64,000 nt of DNA from Octopus sinensis (Eukaryota): the NCBI RefSeq assembly GCF_006345805.1, contig NC_042997.1:182962001-183026000 (forward strand), written 5' to 3'. The notes below the pieces were generated by a model that saw only the letters and a list, made by a program, of their open reading frames with translations, did not search any database and was not told the DNA's origin. Made by a program: the position numbers and the translations under genes. Shown piece after piece: positions 13,238 to 25,517 of this stretch (position 1 is its first letter; each line of letters starts with the position of its first letter).

Positions 13238-13431
13238 AAGCTTCATGTTGCATCTCTTATAATTCTTTTTGAATAACTATTTGCTTTTTCAAGATTTTTT
13301 GGTTCAGTTTTAATGAATTTCACTTTTTCTATTTTTTTCTTTTATTAATACATTCAGTTCCACTTAATGACATACTGGATAATTCCATTAATTGTATAAC
13401 TTTTCAATGAAGTATATCATCTAGCATCCAC

Positions 13432-13750
13432 TCTTTACTCTCTTTTTACTTGTTTCAGTCATTTGACTGCAGCCATGCTGGAGCACCACCTTTAGTTGAG
13501 CAAATCTACCCCAGGACTTATTCCTTGTAAGCCTAGTATTTATTCTATCAGCCTCTTTTGCCGAACCGCTAAGTTACGGGGACGTAAACACACTAGCGTT
13601 GTCTACCAGTTTCCGTCTACCAAATCCACTCATAAGGCTTTGGTCAGCCCAAGGCTATAGCAGAAGACACTTGCCCAAGGTGCCACGCAGTGGGACTGAA
13701 CCTGGAACCATATGATTGGTAAGCAAGCTACTTACCACACAGCCACTCCT
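13432..13750 (-). mobile_element. tRNA-derived SINE (same family as 9936)
   Basis: Minus-strand head AGGAGTGGCTGTGTGGTAAG...GGTTCAGTCCCACTGCGTGGCACCTTGGGCAAGTGTC. Confidence 0.8.
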
Positions 13751-13894
13751 ACTCTATGTAAATTTGACAAATTATATATTCCTAAGATATTTCCAGTTTT
13801 CCATCATCATCATCATTGTCATCACCACTACTGCTGCTGCTACCACTATCAGCAGCAGCAGCAACATAATTGGCTAAACTCAAATAACAGAAGA

Positions 13895-14285
13895 ATATTC
13901 TTTTCTATTTTAGGCACAAGGCCCAAAATTTTGGGGGAGGGGACCAGTCGATTAGTATGCAACTGGTACTTAATTTATCAACCCCAGAAGGATGAAAAGC
14001 AAAGTCAACCTCAGTGGTATTTGAACTTAGAACGTAAAGATAGATGAAATACCTATTTCTTTACTGCCCACAAGGGGCCACACACAGAAGGGACAAACAA
14101 GAACAGACAAATGGATTAAGTCAATTATATCGACCCAGTGCGTAACTGGTACTTATTTAATCGACCCCGAAAGGATGAAAGGCAAAGTCGACCTCGGCGG
14201 AATTTGAACTCAGAACATAGCGGCAAATGAAATACCGCTAAACATTTCACCCGGCATACTAACGTTTCTACAAGCTCGCCACCTT
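13895..14285 (-). mobile_element. Nin-like SINE tandem dimer
   Basis: Two successive CTGGTACTT..TTTA.TC.ACCCC..AAGGATGAAA.GCAAAGTC.ACCTC units; head at ~14285. Confidence 0.75.
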
Positions 14286-14989
14286 TATAACAGAAGAAAA
14301 TTGAAAATTGACATAAGGGAGTAAGTCAAACAATAGTCTGCCAATATGTATCAATAAAAAAATAGTTTAGATAATTGAAGTGATTTATTGAGTAATGAAC
14401 TGAGACCAAACTTATGTTGCATCTTTTGGCCCTTACAAAGAAAAGGTGTTAGAATCATTTTCTTTCATGAGATGCTTTGAAAAAACAGAAGAAAAAGAAA
14501 GGCAGAAATCTTGTTGATTGCTGACCAGTACATAGCAGATCCACATTTAAAGCCATTTTTCACTCTATACAAAACTCAACTGAAACACTGAATGAAGTAC
14601 AGTTTCCACATCTATGATGGTGTTGCTGCTACACATACAAACATCCAGTGTGTTGGATTTTAAACTTGGAGAAGCTCTAAACTATAAAAAGTATGATGGG
14701 CCTTTGTTAAAAGGTTACCAGAAGTCCTTATAAAAATTGGAAATATATATGTCTTTTCATTATATTGAGGAATCTGGAGATTGTGAAGACCTAAGCTGTA
14801 GATTGTTCAGTTGACTACACCTAAAGAAAGGAGTTACTTAACTGATTAGCATGAAGTCATTCACCAACACACACTAATATGCTGACACCTCACTCTGCCT
14901 CTTCTGTTGTGGGTGGAGGAGAAGATATCTTGATCCCCAATTTCTTGAGACAACTCAAGAAAGGAATTCTCATAGTTACAATCAAGTAA

Positions 14990-15385
14990 TTTTCCTTTAC
15001 AGATGTGAAACTTAGATCCTCACTAAGTCCAAGAGTAAGTCCCATGATGACCTACCATCAGCTCATTGCAGAAAATGACCAATGCACAACTCTAAGCCAA
15101 CCTCCTCTTAGGCAACTGGAGGAGGCTACCTTAGAGCTGCTCATTGCCAAATAAGTTAACAGAAAGATGGTTGTACTGGTCAAAGACACCCAGAGTTGAC
15201 CACCTGCCAATTTATTATCTGAATGGATAAACTATGGATGTCCTTCAAAAACCATGTTCAAAACTCAGATGTAAGACAAAGGGCTAAAACTGCTGATACA
15301 GTTAAGACTCATGATCAAATCTGCAATCGTGCATAATAGAAATCCAAATTCTAGCTAACAGATGATGATGATGATGATGATGATG
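14990..15385 (+). mobile_element. possible highly decayed RTE-type LINE 3' fragment
   Basis: Weak resemblance to the post-RT region, with a (GAT)n tail. Confidence 0.3.
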
Positions 15386-16307
15386 GGATAGGGCAGTAAG
15401 AGTGGTGACAGTGGACGCAGATGAAGTAGTGGCAGCAACAGCAAATGCAATGGCAGAAATGAAGATTATGAGGGTGGTGATTGTGGTGGTATTGATGATG
15501 ATGATGATGATGCTGATGGTGGTGGTGGTGGTGGTGGTGGTGAGGGGGGAAGGAGGAGGACGACGACGACAACAACATTCAGTTTAGGAAGTTCTTTTAA
15601 AATCAACTACTAACTTGAGAAATCCATCTGTGCTAACTGGAGAAATTGCTGCAGATCAGAGAGTGCTTCTGCTTAGCAATCCTGAGAAGCCTCGTCATAA
15701 AATACAAGGTCAGATACTAAGAAAGAGAAACAAGTTCAGAAAAGATTCAATGGTATATAGGGCAAGCGCACCTCAGAGAGTCCTCTATGATATCCAGGGT
15801 ATCACAAGGCATTTACTGCATATTATAAGACTCAGAGGAGAGGGAGCAAATTTTTACCACAATAACCATATATCAAGAAGTCCTAGATATATGTGGGAGA
15901 ACCCTTCAAAAAACCCCTTTCAATCCTTTCAATGACCATAGATAACTTTGAAACTTTTCTGATCATCTATAAATTCTCAAGATATGGCAAGCCATAGCAC
16001 CAGTTTTTATCCACTAAGAATTTCAATTTCCAACTAAACTTCTATTTAGTGTGCATACGTGTGTGTGTGTGTGTGTGTATGTGCATGCATTGTGTGTGAG
16101 TGTGCATGTGTGTGTGTGTGTGTGTGTAAATTTAATATACAATGTACGGATTTACATAATCCAGCCATGATAAAAAAAAGGCTCCTTTAGTGGACCCAGT
16201 TACAAACCACATAATAAACCAATATGTAGAAGAGTAATGTAGAGTCCCATGCAGTTGAAATCCAGTAAATCCAATCAGTGAAGATTATCTCATGAGGAGT
16301 ATACTGA

Positions 16308-16735
16308 GTATAAAGAAAGTCAGGAAGTATGAGATATATATTTCACCAGTTGATATGCATAGGATGATAGCCATTTTGCAGCCAACATCATGCAAAAAAT
16401 TAGTTATTTTAGTTATAATAAATTATTTTACATGTCTGCATTACATTATTTACAGTATTTACATTATTTACATTTGATGGATATTTGTCCTCATCTTTGT
16501 TGTTAACATGTTTCGGCTGATATATCCCCCACAGCCTTCATCAGGTGTCTTGGGGAAATTTCGAACTTGGGTTCTCATTCCTAAGGTATTTTTCGATGTT
16601 GTTGTTATTATTATTATTATTGTTGTTGTTGTTGTTGTTGTTATCATTATTATTATCATAATTATTATCATAATTAATTATTATCATAATTAATTATTAT
16701 TATTATTATTATCATAATTATTATCATTATTATTA

Positions 16736-16780
<45 letters not shown>

Positions 16781-16945
16781 TCACTGCTTGGAATTGAACT
16801 CAGAATCTTGGGGTTAGTAGCCCACGCTCTTATCCACTACGCCATATGTCCGTGTATATGGCGTAGTGGATAAGAGCGTATGCTACTAACCCCAAGATTC
16901 TGAGTTTGATTCCAGGCAGTGACCTGAATAATAATAATAATAATA

Positions 16946-16985
<40 letters not shown>

Positions 16986-17498
16986 AACAACATCAAAAAA
17001 TACCTTAGGAATGAGAACCTAGGTTCGAAATTTCCCGAGACACCTGATGAAGGATAAATCATCCGAAACGTGTTAACAACAAACAAGATGAGGACAAATA
17101 TCCATCAAATATAAATAATGTAAATAATATAAATAATGTACATAATTCCTCATCTCTTAAATATAGAACTGTAATGTCTGCATTAGTATGTATGTATGCT
17201 ATAAAATGCAGATATAGAAAGTTAGCTCTTCAGATCAACAGAATATCACAAAAAATTGATGTGACTGTGATATTCTTTTGATCTGAAAAGCTAGCCTTCT
17301 ATATCTGCATTGGTTTGTAAAATGTACAAAAGTACTATGCAATGTATAGCATACATACTAGTGCAGACATGTAAAATAATTTATCATACACTAAAATGAA
17401 TTATTTTTTCATGGATGTTGACTGTAAAATGGCCATCATCCTATTGATTTCAACTGGTGAAATAAATATATTTATCTCATACCTCCTGATTTTCCTTT

Positions 17499-17502
<4 letters not shown>
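16308..17502. mobile_element. ~465-bp foldback (palindromic) MITE split by an HHR-SINE insertion
   Basis: 16308-16443 is the imperfect reverse complement of ~17359-17502. Central hairpin at 17208-17310 (ATGCAGATATAGAA...TTCTATATCTGCAT). Confidence 0.75.
16444..17173. mobile_element. head-to-head inverted dimer of a tRNA-headed, hammerhead-bearing SINE-like element (copy 1)
   Basis: Two divergent tRNA-like heads (A box TGGCGTAGTGG, B-like box) at ~16780-16925, (AAT)n linkers and CTGATGAAGG...CCGAAAC motifs at ~16505-16549(-) and 17039-17074(+). Flanked by the perfect TSD ATGTCTGCATTA (16432-16443 / 17174-17185). Confidence 0.85.
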
Positions 17503-17580
<78 letters not shown>

Positions 17581-17705
17581 CACTAATATTGAACAGTGAG
17601 AATGAGTGCTCAATATTGCATTGATGGATAAATATTCTTTTATTTGTTGATTGACAAGGCTACCATTGGTTTCATGCTGAAACTTCTTAGCAATTATATA
17701 CATAT

Positions 17706-17761
<56 letters not shown>

Positions 17762-17846
17762 TCTGTAAAAAACATAAATCTGAAAGAAGAAGTACACTAT
17801 AAGATGTAGAGCAGTATATATTAAAAATGGGGAAGGGCAGTTAATG

Positions 17847-17905
17847 GGATTACCTTAGGTTTCCTGTCTATAAAGAGCTTAGCTTTATGGCGTATCCTCA
17901 GATCC
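17847..17905 (-). ncRNA. type-I hammerhead ribozyme in PLE pLTR
   Basis: GGAU-CUGAGGA-...-GAAA-CCUAAGG-UA-AUCC on the minus strand. Confidence 0.75.
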
Positions 17906-19078
17906 CAAAAACCTGTTGGCCCCCAAGACCTCTTTAAAATATGGAGGAGGAAAAGCATCACTACTCAAAGGTAACAATTGGGGATTATCTCCCTTAGCTA
18001 TTAGCCATCGACTTCCAGCTGTGCTGCTATCCTGTGGGCTCCAAAAATCCAGCAGGAACCTCCTGAAATGTAAGCATGGCCTGAAAATCTCCGTTCTGGA
18101 GTTAAGGATGTTCTCTGGTTCAAGTGAGTCCTTTAGGATTCTCGTGTGTTCAGCTATGCATAAATTGCAATGCTTCTTCCTGCTGGTGTAGGGGCCTAAG
18201 TTCCAGAGGATTTTCCATCAGATCAAGTATAGAATCCCATTGTCTCTTAATTGCCAGATGTGGCTGGCCAGTGATGTTACGTATATCCTCTCTGGAACTC
18301 TGAAGGAAGACCTGTGGTTGGAAAGACATTGCTTGAAAGAGTTTCCTGAACATCCAATGTATTTGTATGGGCATTGTGTTGTCGGTGCTGTATTTGTATC
18401 TGCTGGTGTTGTTGTTGTTGAAGCTGGAACTGCTGGTGTGGGCATCACTAGAGGTGGTAGTGGCATTGGTAATGCTGGTTATGGTGAAGGTGCTATTGTC
18501 ATTATTGTGGTCCTCATCATTGGTGGGAGAGTTGCCATTTCTTCTAGAGGTGTCATTAGCTGTGGTTCCGCCAGTGTTTCTGCTAGGGCCACTGTTGCTG
18601 CTGCTGTTGTTGTTGTTGTCGTTGTTGTTAAGCAACAAGACAAGTAAGGGTGATTAGGTGATGGTCTAGGGCTTAGGGGCGGGAGACCCCAGACTTTGGA
18701 AAAAAAACTTTGGTTGTCTTTTTGTAGTCGAGGGCTCTTCGTTGACGGCCGACACCACTGGGAGGTGGCCCTCGAAGTCGCTTGAAATGGAGATCTCTAG
18801 GTCCAAGTTCTTGGACGGCTGCTGCTGCTGCTGTTTCTATTGCTGCCATTATTGCTGTTATTGCTGGAGGTGGCATTGTGTCTGGGAACATCCTTAACTC
18901 CAGAACAGAGATTTTCAGGCCATGTTTACATTTCAGGAGGTTCCCGCTGACTTTTTGAAGTCCACAGCTTGAAGTCGATAGCCAATAGCAAAGGGAGATA
19001 ATCTCTAATTGTTACCTTTGAGTAGTGATGACTTTCCTCTTCAATATTCTTAAGAGGTCTTGAGCCAACAGGTTTTTA

Positions 19079-19135
19079 GGATCTGACGATATGCCATAAA
19101 GCATATCTTTATGGACAGGAAACCTAAGGTAATCC
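19079..19135 (+). ncRNA. type-I hammerhead ribozyme in PLE pLTR
   Basis: GGAT-CTGACGA-tatgCCATAAAG catat CTTTATGG acag-GAAA-CCTAAGG-TA-ATCC. Confidence 0.8.
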
Positions 19136-19260
19136 CATAAACTAGCCTTCTCCATTTTTAATATATATATAAAGCATATATATACATAATAATTATTTGA
19201 GGGAATATTATTCCTAACTTACAGGGGAAAATTCAATTTAGAAATACTAAATCAAATTAC

Positions 19261-19295
<35 letters not shown>

Positions 19296-19422
19296 CACAT
19301 ATGCACACTCACCTACACATACATATATATTCTTGTTAATGAAATAGTACTCAATACATAAAGTCTTATAAAATTTGTGTCAACTTGACATTAAAACAAT
19401 AATGTTGATGTTGATGATATAT

Positions 19423-20145
19423 ATCATCATCATCATCATCATCATTTAATGTCTGCTTTCCATGCTAGCATGGGTTGGACGGTTCAACTGGGGTCTGGGG
19501 AGCCCAAAGGCTGCACCAGGCCAGTCAGATCTGGCAGTGTTTCTACAGCTGGATGCCCTTCCTAACGCCAACCACTCCGAGAGTGTAGTGGGTGATTTTA
19601 TGTGCCACCGACACAGGTGCCAGACGAGGCTGGCGAACGGCCACGCTCGGATGGTGTTTTTATGTGCCACCGACACAGGTGCCAGACAAGGCTGGCAGAG
19701 GACCATGCTCGGATGGTGTTTTTATGTGCCACCGACACAGGTGCCAGACGAGGCTGGCGAACGGCCACGCTCGGATGGTGTTTTTATGTGCCACCCACAC
19801 AGGTGCCAGACGAGGCTGGCGAACGGCCACGCTCGGATGGTGTTTTTATGTGCCACCGACACAGGTGCCAGACAAGGCTAGCAGACGACCACGCTCGGAT
19901 GGTGTTTTTTTTATTTATGTGCCACCGACACAGGTGCCAGATTAGGCTGGCGATCGGCCACGATTGGATGGTGATTGTTACGTGCCCACAGCATGGAGGC
20001 CAGTCGGTGCGGTACTGGCTACGGCCACGTTCGGATGGTTTTCTCGTGTGCCACCGGCACTGGTACCACAAAGATACAAATTCCATTGATGTTCATCTAT
20101 TTTGATTTTGTTTGATTTGTTTTGATTTTGATTTTGTTTTGTTTG
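19423..20145 (-). mobile_element. RTE 3' UTR copy with expanded ~61-bp minisatellite
   Basis: (CAT)n tail, conserved 3' motif, then about 7-8 tandem ATGTGCCACCGACACAGGTGCCAGACGAGGCTGGCGAACGGCCACGCTCGGATGGTGTTTTT units. Confidence 0.8.
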
Positions 20146-20858
20146 ATATATATATATATATTTGGATGTGTATCTGTCCCCTTATCATCATCGTTATCAT
20201 TATCACCATTATCATCAATATCATTTTACAGTGACTTTCCATGTTGGCACTGGCTGAACAGCTTTCACAGTCTCTGTTAATTCTTATGTTCTTATTCAGA
20301 GTTACTCTTCTCCGAGAACTCCATTTCACTTCGCTTTTAGTAAATATCCTTTCTAACTCCAACCACTTTGGAGAGTGCACTGGATGCATTTTATCAGAGT
20401 ACCAGTAGCAGAAAATTTGTCAGGTCCTTGATAAGATTAAAGAGTTCTCTTCACTTGTCCACTAACTACTTTATGGAGTGTACTGAGTGTATTTTATCAT
20501 GACACCACATTAGTGAAGTTGTCTTGTAACATGTAAAGCCAAAAAACTCCTTGCTACACTATGGTGTGTACATGTAGACAAGGTAACATGTTCAAGATGA
20601 TGAGTAGGAGAGTGACGACAGTACAGAATGACAGTACTGGTTGGTGAAGGTATGGAAGAAGAGAGTGATGGATAATAATAGAGGCAAAATTAGACAATGG
20701 TAAGAGCTAAACTAGCTGAGGACTGAGGGAGTGATAACTAGTTGTAGAGAAAGGGTGAGGGTATAGATTACTTGGCACTTCCTACATTAATTCACTAGTA
20801 AATAGTAAAAAAAAAATAAAATGAATGTGAATTATGGATGTATAATAAATGGATGGCA

Positions 20859-21158
20859 GAGGCGTAATGGCTCAGTGGTTAGGGCAGCAGACTCGCGGTC
20901 GGAGGATCGCGGTTTCGATTCCCAGACCGTTGTGTGTGTTTATTGAGCGAAAACACCTAAAAGTTCCACGAGGCTCCGGCAGGGGGTGGTGGTGACCCCT
21001 GTTGTACTCTTTCACCCCAACTTTCTCTCACTCTTTCTTCCTGTTTTTTGGGTAACACTGCAATGGACTGGCGTCCTTTCCAGCTAGGGGGAATACATAC
21101 ACCACAGAAACCGGGAAACCCATGAGCCTGGCTAGGCTTGAAAAGGGCACATAAAAAA
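20859..21158 (+). mobile_element. tRNA-derived SINE with TSD
   Basis: GGCGTAATGGCTCAGTGGTTAGGGCAGCAGACTCGCGGTC...GGTTTCGATTCC head; flanking direct repeat ATAAATGGATGG. Confidence 0.85.
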
Positions 21159-21689
21159 ATGATAAATGGATGGAGAAATAGATAATAGGGATATAGGCAA
21201 TAGGGACAGAACCAATAAGAATTTGGTGATAATGAGAAAAGATGAGTTCTAGAAGGATCATAAAATCAAATGCAAGAAAACATTTTAAAGCACAAAAGAA
21301 TCAGAATATCAAAAGTTTGAAAGATCACAAACTCTGAATACTGAATGCTATTATATCAAAATATCATAAAGTCTGAATTCTGAAAGTAATAAAACTTTTA
21401 CTACAGTTTTAAAAGGGAGTTTATTTGAAAACCTTATAATATATTTACTCTAAAATATTTGAAATGTATTACAGGAATACAATATCAAAGATATAAATAA
21501 AAACATAAATAGTATATTTATGGAATACCTTCATTCATTAAGTTCTTTCATATTTGAATGGTTTCTTTCTTTCCTTTCGATAGAAACATATTAAACAATC
21601 AAACATCCAAATTTTGATGGACCACAGCAAAAAAGTGAAGGCAAAGGGAGATAAGCAAGAGCATAAGACTAATTTCTCTCTTGTACGTC

Positions 21690-22140
21690 ACATTTGATTC
21701 CTTTTATACCCAGATATTTCTCTCAGCTCATTTGTACTCAGTTGTTTATACACATTGTTTTTACGTGTTACACATCCAGTGAAGCATACTTGCTTCACTT
21801 CTTTCTAGTCATTGCAGGCCTTATACATTCAGAACCCATGCCTCAGTACTATGCAGTGTCATTGCTCATATACAAGTTCCATACAATTTACTTTTCATCC
21901 CATGAGAGAAATCCTTTGATACCGAGAAAGGTAAAAGTTGCTTGAACTTTCTCCAATCCATTCTTACTCCAGCTATTATACTTTCAGAATTTCCACCTCT
22001 TCTACTAATTAGGTCACCTAGATAACAAAAGTGATTATACTTCAGGGAGCAAGGTATCCTTCTGAGCATTTAACTGACACTGTTTCCCATGTTCTCTTAC
22101 TGTTTTATTGCCCCTATAAATCTGTCACATAAAAATTCTA
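21690..22140 (-). mobile_element. RTE LINE reverse transcriptase C-terminal fragment
   Basis: FCYLGDLISRRGGNSESIIAGVRMDWRKFKQLLPF...KSKLYGTCI. Confidence 0.8.
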
Positions 22141-22629
22141 CTTTATATTTATTTGTTTACTTTACATGTTTTTCCATGTAGCATGGGTTGGCCAAAAACA
22201 TATTACTGAGGCATTTTTTTTACAGCCAGATGCCCTTCCTGTCACTAACCTTTACATATTTTCAAGTAAAAGGGAAGGAAGAAAAAGGTATTTTACATTT
22301 CAAGCAAAGCTCTTCTTCAGAAACAGGAGACAGAGGAAAGTCCAAGAGAAAAGGAAAGCAGAAGGGAAAAAAATCACCAACAATCCACATGTAATTACAT
22401 TTTGGAATGACTGAAATGGAATGGATGAAGAAAAATTATTTTCTAAGACAGGAGAGTGTAAGAGAAGGAGATATCTGTGTGTATGTGTGTGTAATATTTA
22501 TATATATATTACATGCACACACACACGCATATATATATATCGTCCAACCCGTGCTAGCGCAGAGAACGGACGTTAAACGATGATGATGATGATGATGATG
22601 ATATATATATATATAATATATATATATAT

Positions 22630-22661
<32 letters not shown>

Positions 22662-24055
22662 ATATATATATGTATATGTATATGTATATATATATATATA
22701 AATGTGTGTGTGTATGCATGTATGCATGTGTGTATCTACATATGTATGCATGCATTGTGCATGTATGTACATATGTTCATATATATATGCATATGTATGT
22801 ACATATGTCTTGTGTTAGAGTGTGTTTTTCCATGAGTGGACATTTTTTGTGTAGTACCATTGCTTATTACCACTTTAACGATATATATATATATATATAT
22901 ATAAAATAATATATATATATATATCATTCAACTATGGTAGTAGTTGAATATATTCCTAAGTCAACCATTTCGTCAATCGCAGCAGCTTCCAAGCTTCACC
23001 ACTAATTCAGTTCTCAATTAAATTGTAAACTGTTAACAGTTTTAAAGAGGACACCTCCTCCGTTACACTTTAGAATAAATAGTTTGAGATTTGATTCAGT
23101 AGAAAAAAAGTTACATCAAAATATCTGCAACCTCAAGGGGATAGTAAGGCAGATATTCATCTTCAAATAACATAAATTTTTAAATTTTAAATTAAAAGTA
23201 TACTTTTCTTAGGCTTAAATTATAGAAAAATGCATGAGGAATTCAGAATTGTTAGTTGCATTGGACAGATATTAGTAGAAAAACAGTTTTGAAGTAAAAT
23301 ATTGTGAAATTTTATGTCAGTAAGTAAGGGAGTAATGCTTAAGCAATAAGAATAAAGAATATATTTCTAAAATGAATACTTACATTCTAATCTGCGCAAG
23401 GGCTATGTCAGTATACAAACACTTCACTTTATTGAGTACATTTAAAAATTTTTATTCATAAAAAATTCTTTTATAATCATCATGGTTTTATGTTTGTCTT
23501 TTAATTCTGGCTATCACGGATAGCATCAGACTTGTCACTTGTAATCTTCCATCATCTTTATTGTGAGGTCCAGCATTCTGAGATCAGATATCACCACTTC
23601 TTTCCATGTCTGATTTGATTCAATGGTCTACTATAGCAGGACCATAGGGAGTACAAAATTCTTAGGAGTACAAAATTTTTAGCAGTACAAATTTCAAAAA
23701 AAAAAAAAAAAAAATAGTAATGAGAGATAAAAAAGAAATAGTACACCTTTCCTGCAATATTTGCTTTGCCTAGGATGTTGGTAACTGGCACCATGCCATT
23801 GCTTCAGTCTTCTTTTGCAAGTTTTCTGCACATGAATTGCTTGACACATCTTCACCTAACTATCATTACACATATACATTGCGTCCACTTATAATCTCTC
23901 TTATACATTATAGCTGATTCCTCTAATGCTCATTTTTTTACCTCTCAGTTCATTTGTGCCTCATTGCTCACACATGCTTACATTACACGACTAGCAGAAC
24001 GAACCTACTTAATTTCTTTTCAATCTTTGCACATCATCTGCATTCATACCCATGC

Positions 24056-24395
24056 TATAATAATAATAATAATAATAATGAAATTATTGTATACAGTGCT
24101 CAGGTGCACCACAACTTGTCAAAAGTGCATATAAAGCATATGCAGTAATGTACAAATGTCTGGAAAGCGAACAGTGTATGAGTCAGATACATGCTTGCGT
24201 GTGTATGGAGGGGAGAAAATCAGGTGTAGTGTTGGCAAATCTCAGGAAGCATGGAAGTTTTGAAGGATGCAGTGCTCCGACAACTAACAACTGATGCTGG
24301 CAGTTTGTTCCATGCTTCAGCAACTCTTAGCATGAAAAAATGTTTCCGAAAGTCATGGGAGCTGTGCTGTTTTCTGACTTTGTAAACATGTTTCA
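24056..24395 (-). mobile_element. CR1-clade LINE 3' end with (ATT)n tail
   Basis: HVYKVRKQHSSHDFRKHFFMLRVAEAWNKLPASVVSCRSTASFK matches the CR1 'FF..RV...WN.LP..VV....F K' motif. Confidence 0.85.
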
Positions 24396-24776
24396 TTAAC
24401 ATGCAATATCACACTTCATATGCAAGTTTCTGCGAGCAGTACAGTAAATGCATGACTGAAAGTAATTTGAAGCTAGAACCCTTTCACAGTCTGAAGACAG
24501 TTGATATTATTTTACTATTGAATAGGGATCCATATCTACTTGGCTGCAAAAGAGTGATGACATTTAGACATCATCCACACTATCTTTGTTATATTCATTA
24601 TTATCATTGTCATCGTCGTCATCACCATCATTACCACCACCACCACCACCACCACCACTACCACCACCACCACCACCACCACCACCACCATCACCACCAC
24701 CATCATCAACATTATCGTCATTACCACTATCACCACCACCAACAACATCGCAATCATTATCACTATTATCATCATT

Positions 24777-25517
24777 ACTTATTTCTTTACTACCCACAAG
24801 GGGCTAAACACAGAGGGGACAAACAAGGACAGACAAACGGATTAAGTCGATTACATCGACCCCAGTGCGTAATTGGTACTTATTTAATTGACCCCGAAAG
24901 GATGAAAAGCAAAGTCGACCTCAGCGGAATTTGAACTCAGAACGTAACAGCAGACGAAATACCTATTTCTTTACTACCCACAAGGGGCTAAACACAGAGA
25001 GGACAAACAAGGACAGACAAACGGATTAAGTCGATTATATCGACCCCAGTGCATAACTGGTACTTATTTAATCGACCCTGAAAGGATGAAAGGCAAAGTC
25101 GACCTCGGCAGAATTTCAACTCAGAACGTAGTGGCAGATGAAATACCTGTTTCTTTACTACCCACAAGGGGCTAAACACAGAGAGGACAATCAAGGACAG
25201 ACAAACGGATTAAGTCGATTATATCGACCCCAGTGCGTCACTGGTACTTATTTAATTGAACCCGAAAGGATGAAAGGCAAAGTCAACCTCGACGGAATTT
25301 GAACTCAGAACATAACAGCAGACGAAGAGACAAACAATGACAGACAAACGGATTAAGTTGATTATATTGACTCCAGTGCGTAACTGGTACTTATTTAATC
25401 GACCCCGAAAGGAAGAAAGGCAAAGTCAACCTCGGCGGAATTTGAACTCAGAACGTAACGGCAGACAAAATACGGCTACGCATTTCGCCCGGCGTGCTAA
25501 CGTTTCTGCCAGCTCAC
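24777..25517 (-). mobile_element. Nin-like SINE tandem tetramer (~185-bp period)
   Basis: Four successive copies of ACAGACAAACGGATTAAGTCGATT...GGCAAAGTCGACCTC; a single tRNA head at ~25517. Confidence 0.85.

Larger units (their letters stand above)
17795..19165 (-). mobile_element. Penelope-like element 3' part: GIY-YIG relic with inverted pLTRs
   Basis: Minus translation YKYIGCSGNSFKQCLSNHRSSF...TSLASHIWQLRDNG...WKIL...CNLCIAE...LNSRTEIFRPCLH. 17820-18113 is the inverted repeat of 18886-19165. Confidence 0.9.

Noticed and set aside
15615-16000. Decayed LINE RT fragment
   Set aside because: Only a vague resemblance; diagnostic motifs not recoverable by eye.
16855-16925. tRNA genes (also ~20860, ~36975, ~38525)
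   Set aside because: Poorly paired acceptor/T stems and fusion to repeat bodies indicate SINE heads.
19596-20075. CRISPR-like regular array
   Set aside because: Head-to-tail units with no unique spacers, no cas genes, eukaryotic RTE 3' UTR context.
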